From contig NC_134028.1 in the NCBI RefSeq assembly GCF_964204645.1, positions 15,693,653 through 15,757,652 of the forward strand: a stretch of DNA of 64,000 nt. The letters run 5' to 3'. Below are positions 1 through 11,044 of this stretch, piece after piece; within the stretch, counting starts at the first letter, position 1, and every line of letters starts with the position of its first letter. The DNA comes from Tubulanus polymorphus (taxonomy: Eukaryota; Animalia; Nemertea). Under the pieces are notes generated by a model. The model was not told the origin of the DNA, ran no database searches, and saw nothing but the letters and a program-made list of their open reading frames with translations. The position numbers and the translations under genes are program-made.

Positions 1-948
1 TGCACGCGACGGCCGTGACCACTTGTTAGTGACGTCATCAAGAAGGATGGCTCCAAGAATCGCCACATCACAGGTTACTGTGCATAAATGGGATTCGACC
101 ATTCAAAAGTTCAGAATGTACTTTCTTGTTTTGTAAAACAAGTTTATTCATGTCGTTATATAAAGCATTTTGTTTGAAACATTCTTTAATAATGTTTGTC
201 GAGTTTAAAGCCAATGGTCGTTGTGTAATTCCATACTGGTCACTGACATCAAAGTTTTAGTTCCTGTTCACATGTTTCGACTTATAAATATCCAACTTGT
301 ATGTTCTATCTTTTAATACAGGTCATGTGATTAATTGCGTATCACTCCATTAGTTTAAAAAGAGAGCACATATTTCGATATTGTTAAATAATTAACTACA
401 TTTTTTTCTGTCACACGTTGATTTTTACCCATCACTTATAAAATTCTAATGAACCTGATGTATTCTGTAAGCTATGTAAGCTTGTTCTTAAAAATACACT
501 ATGAATTTCAATTTGTACTGACCATAATAGTTTATTTTTCGTAAATAAAATTTACATTTTAATTAAATAATTTCAAAATCTTTTCTATGCCCTCTGCAAC
601 AGAAAGTTACTAAGGACTATTACATATTCAGATGTACGTTGATAATTGATTTCAATCCTCCCTTGAAATAATTATATGAACATTATTTCGGAAAATGCAG
701 GTGGCGCACAATCATAATACATACAACTCATCAAGCTGACGAGTCGTTTCCGTAACCAATGTTACAGACGGGTAACCAATCTACTCGACTCCGCAGACAA
801 CTAAACGACGCGAGTAACCCCCAACTTGACTATAACTATAAATTATGTTATGTTAAACCGCATTGGTGTGACTTGACACGTCAAATGCGTATCCCGTATT
901 GACATATTTCTATTATCAACTTTTCAAACTATGAATAGCACGCCTGCT

Positions 949-983
949 CAGAAAACCCGTTATCGCTGCTTTGCAGCTATATT
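949..983 (+). mobile_element. Helentron/HINE-like 3' terminus (subterminal IR plus GCTGC-TTT-GCAGC hairpin)
   Basis: CAGAAAACCCGTTATCGCTGCTTTGCAGCTATATT is the exact reverse complement of 43156-43190 and is followed by T-rich sequence. Confidence 0.65.
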
Positions 984-1083
984 CTTATCTTGTTTTTCTT
1001 TAAATTCTTTTTTTTTCTTTAGATTATGATCGATACCATGATGACATAGCAGTACATGGCGACCCATGTAAATAAATGGGATA

Positions 1084-2746
1084 ATGACTAATTGGGATAC
1101 ACTAATGCCAAGTGTAATGATGAGTTATAGGCATGATCCCTCAACTAAAGGTTCAGGTTTTAGCCCTTACCACGTGTTATTCGGTCAAGAAATGCGTCTA
1201 CCAATAGACACAGCGTTAATTCCTTGCCATTCCTTAGCTACTGATCATAAGGCATACTTATCGTATATATTATGGAAGCTTGTCATATCACGAAATATCG
1301 CTAACGAGAATATTAAGAGCTCAAAATAAGTATAAAACTCAGTTCGATAAAAAGGCATCAAAACCTCAGTTTCAGATTTCTGATCGCATTTGGCTAAAAG
1401 TCATGAAAGTTAAGAAAATAAAATCGCTAAAACTGTGTAAAAAATACGTAGGTCCCTATTTCAATCAGTCAGTAGCTAGCAAAGGGGCTTATCAATTACG
1501 AAGAATCTCTGATAACGTTTTACTCCCATCGCATGTCAATGGGAATCGTCTTAAATTATACAAAGATCCTTCATCGCGTCCGAATTATGAAGAGGTCGCA
1601 TGGGATGGTTCAACAGCTGAGGAAAACCCTGAATTATTCGACGAGATTCATGGGCGCTTAAAATATAAACCTAGCAATCTAGCTGATACTCCAACTGACA
1701 TTCAAATTTCGCCAGACGATAACAAAGACAGACCAGTTGTTACTGAGACTTTCAATGAATCAGATATTCAGAAAATTCTACAGTACAAACTAGAAAACGG
1801 TTTATGTAAATATCGCGTAAAATGGAAGTCAGATTTAAATCGTGAAAATTCTTGGGAATTAGGAAAATGGATCCCAAATAAACTAATTCGACACTTTCAC
1901 GAAAACTATGCGGCATCAGGCAAAACACGTAAGAAACCGTGCAAAAGTAAGTTTTTTGATCGCATTACAGACAATGCTGATAATAATCAAGGAAATCAAA
2001 GCGATCGCAATGATAACGAGAGTGACGTAGCAAATATTATAATCACAAATAGAGATAGATGTCAGGATAGTGAAGTAGAGATAAGTGAAAAACCTAGAAG
2101 AAAATTAGATGGAACCGTAATACAGGGTGTATATGTTACTAATGATCGCTTCCAGGAATTTGATAATCAGATATCTAATGAAGACTCATCAAATAATGAG
2201 AATGTAAATAGTGCATATTGTTCAGCTCGATCGAAAACTTACCAAGATCATACGATTGAGGAAAGCGTTAAGAGTAGTTCAGAATCATGTAATGTCGCTA
2301 TCGAAGAGGCTATTCGGACGGGTAATCGTCGAGCATTATGTCCATGCCCTACAGGAAAAACGGTTGTTGCTACCAAATTTCAAATGCTATTCGTCAAGTA
2401 TTACCACGACCGCCCATGGTACCGGGCATCAAAACGAGATTGGTTTGAAGTAAGTGATCACGGAAAAAGTCTTGAACAGGTATGGGGTATATATCATGTC
2501 ATCTTGGAAAATGAAAGGCATCCAACCGAAAACGAGCTCAAAAACATAATACCTACAGCCGCTCGAGCCGTATCAACACGTTTCAACGACCAGGGAGTCT
2601 TAGAATACTATGTTTTATGTGGGCGGTTTGCTCCCCCTGCATGGCTGCCTTGGTATGAAACACCTCCTGGCACACAAAGTCAGTACACTTCTCGTTTAAA
2701 GTCAATTTCTTCGAAACTCAGTAGTAGTTACAGTAGGTTTTCTTAA
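1084..2746 (+). pseudogene. Ty3/Gypsy LTR retrotransposon pol 3' part (integrase C-terminus, GPY motif, chromodomain-like), frameshifted
   Basis: GFSPYHVLFGQEMRLPID; KLCKKYVGPY; HVNGNRLKLY; IQKILQYK..YRVKWK..NSWE. Confidence 0.8.
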
Positions 2747-3579
2747 GCTTTCCAGGATATCATATGGATATCAGCGATGAATTGATCAGGTTATTACTCG
2801 TACGTATATTTTCAGTTTATTTACGCCCTGAACGGTTCGAAGATCGGATAGTTCATACGTTCAATTGCTAGTCATTTTAAGTAGAGTGCATGAAATCTTT
2901 CGTAGAAAACACGCAAATAACGTCATTGTAAATCTAATCCGAGACATATCTGAGATTAGTGTACAGTACGGTATGAATTTATCAATGATATAATATAACG
3001 TGGATTAATTGAGACTGCGATGATAGGTGTTAATACAGTTCAATTGTGCTGGTGGTGTCATCTTTACCCAATTACTATGGTTATTCTTTATTTACTTCTG
3101 ACCACTTGGATAATGATCAGTTTTTATTTCTTTTGGTGGACAAGGGTAACTGTATTTGTGTTGTGTCATTGCCTGAACACTGCTCTGATGTCTGATGTTG
3201 CATGTTACTATCATTGTGTCATGAAGTTATTTCCAGTCAGTAATCGGAAGATCTTCAAAACGGAGAAATGCGTACCAGTACTACTTGCAATCACCAACTG
3301 GACTTCAGGACGCTATAACTACACAACACTTCGTTACTTCGCTTCCTTCGTCGCAGAATCAGCCAGAATTCGGGGATCCTTTGCAGATAATTACAGTTAA
3401 CGTATCATCGCATCGTCCGTATGTAACGACAACATGTGACTCTTTCGTGAATGACTGAGAATCAAGATGTTACTGTCCAGCGTTTGCACATTTTCGCCCG
3501 GTGAAACTCAATTTTACACGTTCTCACAGTGGAAGGAGTTTTAATGAACTTATAGCATCTGCGTTTTCCGCAAATTTGG

Positions 3580-4730
3580 CGGTGTTGTCATATCGCGGAA
3601 ATACGGAATCGCGGAATTTTCCAAAAACGCGGAATTTCTTCATTTTTACTATAAATAGTAAACGGGTTTTCCCACGGGGATACCCACTGTCGGACAGGGC
3701 ACCGGACCCAGGTTTTCAAAATCGGGAATTAGTATTTGATAATTTATTATATCGCCAGTCAACAACTTAACGATACTGTTACAAATAATGGAGAACCTAG
3801 GCAATACGTGCTTTGCGAATTCAGTGATACAGAGTATCGCTGCATTAACTGAAGGAATACAAATCGATGGTACGTAAACGTAGGATTTGTGATGACACCA
3901 TGGGTCATTCTCCAGGACTCAGTTCCGAGTTAAGATTTGACTCTGGTCTCTGGATTTAAAACATTGGAAATGAATTGGATCTAAGTAACTCAGAGTTAAC
4001 TCACAAAACTGTGGAACTGGATCGATGTCAGACGAAAATAAACAGACATAATGTATATTTCATTCTGGCTTAGGATTGTTCATGCGTGTTGTGTGTCTAC
4101 ATTGTTGTTAAAAGCGAATGTGGTTTATCTTTTAGAATTAAATGATATGAAAGATCATAAAATGGTTTCGTTTGTTTTTAATGTTTACTTTGTGACTGCT
4201 ATAACACATATGTTCCTATGCTGATTATTTGGATTAAAAGAATCTTATTGGTAGCGGTACTGGACGGCCGTAAAATTATAATAATTTCAAAGGAATTTGA
4301 ACCGGAACTTGTTTGGTCGTAGGATTTCATGTTTGCAACCATCTACAACTACGGTCCGACACCGCGAACGTGCTCAATATTTATCTGATAATATTCGTTT
4401 CTGAAGTTCTCAAAAAGTCGATGAACTTCGATCACCGAAGTTTGCCTAGTAGAAATAGACATTAGGTGCCTGGTCTCCTTCACCCCACTTGATTCTGACT
4501 TCTTCTACAGGTGGCAGCCAGTCAACGGTATCGTAATATGATAATTCCATATAAAATTGCCTGCAAATAATGGGATTCGAACCTAACTCGTTGCATCGAT
4601 CGGCCCGGTGCCCTGTCCGACAGTGGGTATCCCCGTGGGAAAACCCGTTTACTATTTAAAGTAAAAATGAAGAAATTCCGCGTTTTTGGAAAGTTCCGCG
4701 ATTCCGTCTTTCCGCGATATGACAACACCG
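3580..4730. mobile_element. Non-autonomous TIR DNA transposon (Mutator-like), ~126-bp TIRs, 9-bp TSD
   Basis: 3580-3705 is the reverse complement of ~4605-4730; CAAATTTGG occurs at 3571-3579 and 4731-4739. Confidence 0.8.
3788..3869 (+). pseudogene. Exon-like fragment with ubiquitin-specific protease (peptidase C19) Cys box
   Basis: Manual translation MENLGNTCFANSVIQSIAALTEGIQID, followed by G|GTACGT donor-like site. Confidence 0.6.
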
Positions 4731-6007
4731 CAAATTTGGAGGACCAAATTTAATTGCACAAGGGGGCATCTGTCACCCTGATATAATTTGCATATTTCAT
4801 AATCATATAGATCTACAATGTCATATCGAACAGTTCATAACATTTTATAGCTCTACTACATATTAATAATAATAATAATTATTATTATTATTATTATATA
4901 ACTTATGACTATAGTGTCCATGTGATTTTAGGTCGTAATCAACATGTGACATTACTCAATATGTTTTCACAATAATTAGCTATAGTCTGTAAACCTTTGA
5001 ACTCTTCAAATTGTGAGAAATCAATAGGCCATTTTTGTACATCAGCGCTTGGCTTAGGAATGGTGTATGCATCTACCTCAAAAACTTCTCCTTTCCATCC
5101 TGGGATTGTTTTGGATAAGTTGAAGGTAAATTTCTGACATAGTTTAACTATCTTAGCACCTCCCGCCAATGAGAACTCTAACTCAACAAGTGGGCCTCTC
5201 AGTCCAAGTCTTCTGGCCATTCTCTCTCTTATGAAGTTGATATTTGATCCATTATCAAACAATACTCTGGCTTGACATACTGCAAGCTTGCTCTCTAACT
5301 CAACAACTGCGGTCAATAGCAACACTTCACTTGGACTTCTATCCAATTTAACGTAGTTGGACTGAGCCTTCATATATTCGGTGGACTGACCTTCACCAGT
5401 CTGTGAGTCTGTTGTAGTTTCTTCAGCAATTTTGTCATGCGATAATTCCTCTTTCCAGTGCAGTAATAGATGATGATGTTTGTTACACTTGCTACAAGGT
5501 GGGGCGTTGCATCTTTTTACTGAGTGCCCAACTGCTAGACATTTGAAACGGGCTCCAGACTTTCGTACTCTCTCCTGGCGATCTGATACATTCATCTTAT
5601 CAGCCTTGAAACACTTTGCAGAAGGATGATTGTTTTTATCGCAAAATATGCACTTTGTTCTGCCAGTACCATAGTTATGGTTAACAGGCAAAGCTTGCCC
5701 GGTGGCCATTAGACGAGTTGTCATCCGCTTCTCAGGTTTAAAAGGCCTCTTTTCACCAGAATCCTGTGTCCTTCTGGCAACCTTAGTAGCGTCCTCAAGT
5801 TTCTCCAGTAAATCTGGCAATGGAATTGGTAGATGTTTATTCGCTCCTCTACTACCTCTCTCATTCCTCATTGCTTCTGCATCCCATCTTCGCAAGAGTG
5901 GTTTTGGTAGCTTGGTTTGACTAATGCAGTCAATATCCAGCTATAGGATTCCAAGTCATCGTCTTCTGTTATTTTTTGAAGATAGTTTTAGTTTGACAAC
6001 ACTACTA

Positions 6008-9000
6008 CAGGGTTCATAGCCTCCAGGCCAGTCTTGATTTCAGGCTATTCCAGGCCATTTGAAAGGCAAATTTCAGGCCATTTTGAGAATAAAAAACGCC
6101 GCAATTGACAAAATAAAGAGTTGGTATACAATACAAGTTATTTTTTATTAAAGTTTTATCAGAAAAATATAACTACAAACTTAAAAAACCTAACTCTAAA
6201 AACTCAATTCTTGAGAATAAAAATTCTTGTAGAAATAATTTTCAATACTGCAATACATCTATAATTTTGCATACAACTTCAAATCTCTTTTATTTTTATT
6301 GCCTGTTTCTGTGACTTGTTGATGAGACTGCGCATATCAACTGCTTTGTTTGTTTCAATAGCTTTCGAAGCATATTCGTCAGCTGAACTCTGCAAACTTA
6401 TTTTGTCACACTCTAGTAATTTTCTCTTCTTTCTCATTTCATGCAAAATCTCCTTTTTATGTGCACGCTTTAGGTCTCTTTCAGAGGATTTTTTCAGCTC
6501 AGCTTTTTTACTCAAAACTAATTTATACCTACTGTGAGCCGAACTGACATTTTGTAGTAACTGGGGAGTTAAAGGATATTTCAGAATATCACCATCAGCT
6601 TCAGCTAAAATGGAATCATTTATTGCTCTCAGTGCAATGAAAGAACTTTCGTCTAAATTCCAAACTTCAATTTGCCTATTAACTGAGAAACCGCGTTCAA
6701 CGCTTGCCTGACCGTGTGACAACATGAGTAATTTCTGAAATATTGGCCATAGTTTTGAATACTTGGCTTGACGAAAACATGCACTGTAAAAGAAATGATC
6801 TAATCGATCTTTGTGTTTGTCAAACCTTCTGAAATCTGAGCTCGTTTTAATTTCTTCTACAAACCCATCAAACTGCTCCCGAATTTCATCACAGTCTTTT
6901 TCTTGCACTTGTTTTGAGTGCCACATCGCAGATAAAACCCTACGGAAAGCGGACTTTGAATAATCACATTCATTCAGCATTACACTGGGCTTCATACATT
7001 TCAAATTCCTCACAAGAGTATAATTAACAGGGGATTTATGTAGTATCTTGCTGACAACAGCAATGAGAAATTTCTTTGTACACATTCTATAATCCATAAC
7101 TTTTCTTTCACTTACTTTTTTCTGAACTAATAATTCCTTCAGTTTCATGTCAGCCGAAAAACCAACATCAATTTTAGCATGGGCAAGATGATTTTCCATT
7201 TTATCATATTCAACCTTTATCAGAGAAATCAGCGATAAATCAGACGACAAGATTTCACTTTTTACAAACCATTTCATAAGTGACTTAAGCAGGCATTTAA
7301 GATCATCGGCCATAAATGGTAACAATGGTTTATCTGATTGATAAAATGTTAAGAATGGTGAAAGAAGTTTAGCAATGGAAATGAAAGTATACAGTCTTGG
7401 TACAACAAGTACATCGCAAGCACAGTCTCGAACAACCACGTATGATGGAATACAGGATGGAATCTTTGCTCGGGGTCCTTTCTGTACATTCTCTACATAT
7501 TTGACACAGTTTTCCCAAACTTCCAGAGCTCTCTCAGCGCAAGGGATATTTTCAATCCACCTAAAATTTAGAAAAATCTGATCAGATTATGATGATGGTT
7601 ATACATGTACTGTGTTCTCTTTCAGCAACAACAAGCAGTTTACCTATGAGCACAAAATTTCTTCGGGAACACATCTGATTCAGTTATTTCTACATAGTCT
7701 TCTCGCTTTAAGCTTCATTAAAAACGTAATATAGACTACTTAATAACGATTCAACATCCCAGGATGAGGCAACAACACCATGACGGAATGCATTATGTAA
7801 AACATGAAGACCGCAACTTCCAACGTTCAACATGGTAGAATTGTTATTCAGTTCCGACGATATATCCTCCTCCAAGATTTCATAAAAGCGCCAATTAACA
7901 TTAGGGCCATCCATAGATAGTTGCGCACAATTGGCCAAGTAAAGTCCGTTTCCTCTTTAAACTTGGTGAGCATGTCCACTGCAGTTGCATGGCCCATAAA
8001 TGCGGCCGTATAGAAACGACTCCGAACTACATCTGCATCCCACATTCTAATGTGAATGTCCAATTGCTTCTTCTGATTAATTTTGTTCAGAGATTCATCA
8101 AACAAAAGGACATAAGGTTCTTCGCCTATCTTAGACCTCAACTGTGTTTTGATGTACGGATACAAGCCATAATAAGCAATATATGAACACTTCCTCTCAC
8201 TCATTGAAAATGCCTGTGCAATTGGTGAGTCAAAAAAACATACTTTTGAACAGTTCTTTAATGTTTTCCGAGGACTTAAATGAGTAATGGGATCTGCATG
8301 TCTTTAGAACCCACAAGACTTCTGCCTTTGTTACGCTGGTTGGACTCGCTATGATTGCTGAAGCTGCAGTGGGTTGCACGCCTTTACTCTGTAGCTCATC
8401 CGTGGAAACTTGCTGTTTACTTGCGCTGAAAATGAATGAGATTTTTGTTATTTATTTCAGTCAAGTTTACAATAAACATAATTCAATTGAAAACTATTTA
8501 TATCGTTAATATTTTTTTTTGGTATTCTACCTCTGCTGGTTGCTTCCTTTGGCAATTAAATCTGTGAGTCGTTTCGTTTGGGAAATCACAGCTCCACCGT
8601 TTGCATGTTGTAATGACTTTGCATGACTTGACACAGCGCTTTGTCCACCCCATGAAACGCTGAATAGCTTCATGCAAATTTTACAGTATGATTTGCTACT
8701 GTCCGAAGCACACCTCTGAATCCAATCTTTATATTCATCATGGACTAGCCACGCTTCTTTGAAGTGGCTCTTCCCCATAAGGCCTATGGAATTGGCCAAC
8801 GATGTCAATACTTAATTGCACTAATGGACAAAGCTCAACAACAAACACAAAAATCAAATGGCAAACAATTTCATGAAAAAAAATCAATTCAATTAATCTT
8901 TATTGCGCAAAAAACTTCAATAAAGATTAAATTGAATTGGATTGAGAAAATTGAGAACGCAGACGAAATGGCTACAGAAGATCGTCAATATCAGCGATTT

Positions 9001-9166
9001 TACAGAATCATTGTGTAAAATGTTCAAAAATTGATGGAAAATGAAATTTCAGGCTTTTTCTGGATTTACTTCAGATACACTTCAAATTTCAGGATTTTCC
9101 TGGCCAGAAATTACAAAATATAAATTTCTGGCTTTTTCAGGCTTTTCCAGATCGCTACGAACCCTG
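6008..9166 (-). mobile_element. hAT-superfamily DNA transposon (hAT5-like), 13-bp TIR, 5-bp TSD
   Basis: CAGGGTTCATAGC ... GCTACGAACCCTG; TACTA at 6003-6007 and 9167-9171; subterminal TTTCAGGC repeats at both ends. Confidence 0.85.
6279..8778 (-). pseudogene. hAT-type transposase with at least two introns, stops and frameshifts
   Basis: BED-like MGKSHFKEAWL..CKIC..H..H; LLFDES; SMDGPNVN; GSCGLHVLHNAF; LSHGQASVERGFSVN; GT-AG introns at ~7561-7643 (restores FCAHR-WIEN) and ~8427-8529. Confidence 0.8.
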
Positions 9167-10657
9167 TACTAGATGTAAACTCTCGAGTTCCTTGGCGCCC
9201 ATTCCGGTGCAAGGGTTCACAGCAGCAATGTCGTTGACAGCTCTATGTACGCGTGCGAGAATATCACCATACTTGTTTTTTAACACTTGCATAATTTCTT
9301 TGTAAGTCGGATTCTTCAAAGCTAGAATCATCTTAGCAGGTTCTCCTTCCAACAGAGATATGACGAAATGGGCTCTCTCAACTTCTGTATATCCTGGTTT
9401 TTGTACTTCATTTTCGACCAGGTCCTCCCATTGATCGAACTCGTCAATAAGTCCCTTAAATTTTGGGATCTTTAGTGGTTTTTCTCTTTTGGTTAACATT
9501 ATCCAAAATCTTCTCGAGTTGATCGCCAGATATCCCTGATGACACATTCAATCCTTTGAAGACATCTCTGAATGTATTCGCTTATTGTTCGGCCGTCATT
9601 GCAGAACTATTACCAACGGAATCAGGAGTCGACCTTTCTTCGTCGTCTTCCTTCTTTCTCCAGATCCGTGTCAGGACCTGTACTTGTACGGTCATTTCTA
9701 CAAATGAACTTCGGTAGTTGTCTTCACTCTCCATCTCTTTTCGAAGTGCCTCATCTAACATGGCATTCAGTCTCTGTTCATTGTCCTTGTGAAAATCTAT
9801 GCGGTCTTGTATAGTAGTTAACTCCTCATGGTACACACGTAGTTGATCGTAGCTATTAATAGTCGATCTATATGACAACTCAAATTCGGCTGTCTGAGCC
9901 TTACTCATGGCATCATTAAGATACTTCAGTCGTTTTAGCTTCAGAGTACCTCTGTCTACTAGTCTTGCGCAGAGTAATGTCTTCTGTCAGAACAGTATCC
10001 ATATTGACGTACCGGTATGACGCTTTACACTAACACTTTAAGACTCAACTTTTATACACACTTAGATAAACAGTTGCATGTTTCTTAAGTTCTCAAATTA
10101 TAATCACATTCAACCTTAGTAGAATCTAATATACACTTGTCAAATAGCAATTGAATTCTCAAGAGTTCTTCTCAAAACTCGAAGTCATTAAGACTATAAC
10201 ACAGAAACTGGTTTTAACTGAATTAATCACAAACCTCACTCAATATCTCAACCTTGGTCTTAAATCTAACACACTTTTGACCTCATTGATACTGGTGAAA
10301 GACAATACTCATTAAATCCAAATTACAATACAAGACATAACTCATACGTGTATCACTTTGAAAAAATGTAGACCTCTAATTGGCTACAACTCCAAACCAA
10401 ATTTGGTTTAAATACCTTGCCTAACTAATGGGCAATGCTAAAATCAAACTCCGGTTGCCTCGCAGGGCTGTAAACTCATAAACTCAAAATGTCTCAAATA
10501 AGGACAATATGAAATAGCACTCAAATGTCACGAGGGACAATCTCAAAGTTTACTCAAAATATACTCTTTGTCACATGGGACAATCTCAAACACTTAAGCT
10601 GCCTATAACTCAAAGGGCAGTAAAATTACTTAAAACTCATGCGCCTTAAGCTACCTC

Positions 10658-10810
10658 AGTAATAGGGGTAATAGGCTTTCATACCAAAGGTCGAGAGGTC
10701 GAGAAAGTAAAAAAAATAAAAAATAAATTCTCGCACACTCGAATTTATTTTTTATTTTTACTCACTCGCCCCTTCAACCTTTGATATGAAAGCCCATTAC
10801 CCCTATTACT
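10658..10810. repeat. Terminal hairpin of copy A (153 bp imperfect palindrome)
   Basis: AGTAATAGGGGTAATAGGCTTTCATA ... TATGAAAGCCCATTACCCCTATTACT. Confidence 0.9.
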
Positions 10811-11044
10811 CTTAAAATATTCACATATACATGAATAACATTTAAATTGACAGATTATTCAATATAAAAGTGTCAGCTCTTATAGAATAGATATATAGAT
10901 ATATTTCAAACATTATTTCAATATTCATATTTGTATGAGTTAGATTTTTAAACATTAAAAGTGTTAGTAAAGTGTGATTGAAATAATTCATATATAAATC
11001 ATTGAACTTCTAAAATCAATTTTAATAAAAAATTTGATATTAAA

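Larger units (their letters stand above)
4939..9910 (-). mobile_element. BEL/Pao LTR retrotransposon gag-protease remnant, interrupted by a hAT element
   Basis: Gag LKIPKFKG..FDQWEDLV (9155-9547); Zn knuckles CIFCDKNNHPSAKC and CSKCNKHHHLLLH; aspartic protease ARVLFDNGSN (4939-5895); the gag frame resumes at 6007 after removing 6008-9166 plus one TSD. Confidence 0.85.

Noticed and set aside
3020-3400. env-like or membrane ORF after Gypsy pol
   Set aside because: No recognisable motif; cannot be distinguished from non-coding sequence.
4568-4590. tRNA/SINE B-box-like GGGATTCGAACC
   Set aside because: No A box or cloverleaf could be built around it.
3501-4728. Paired ORFs 3501-3770 (+) and 4522-4728 (-) as duplicated genes
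   Set aside because: They are translations of the two TIRs.
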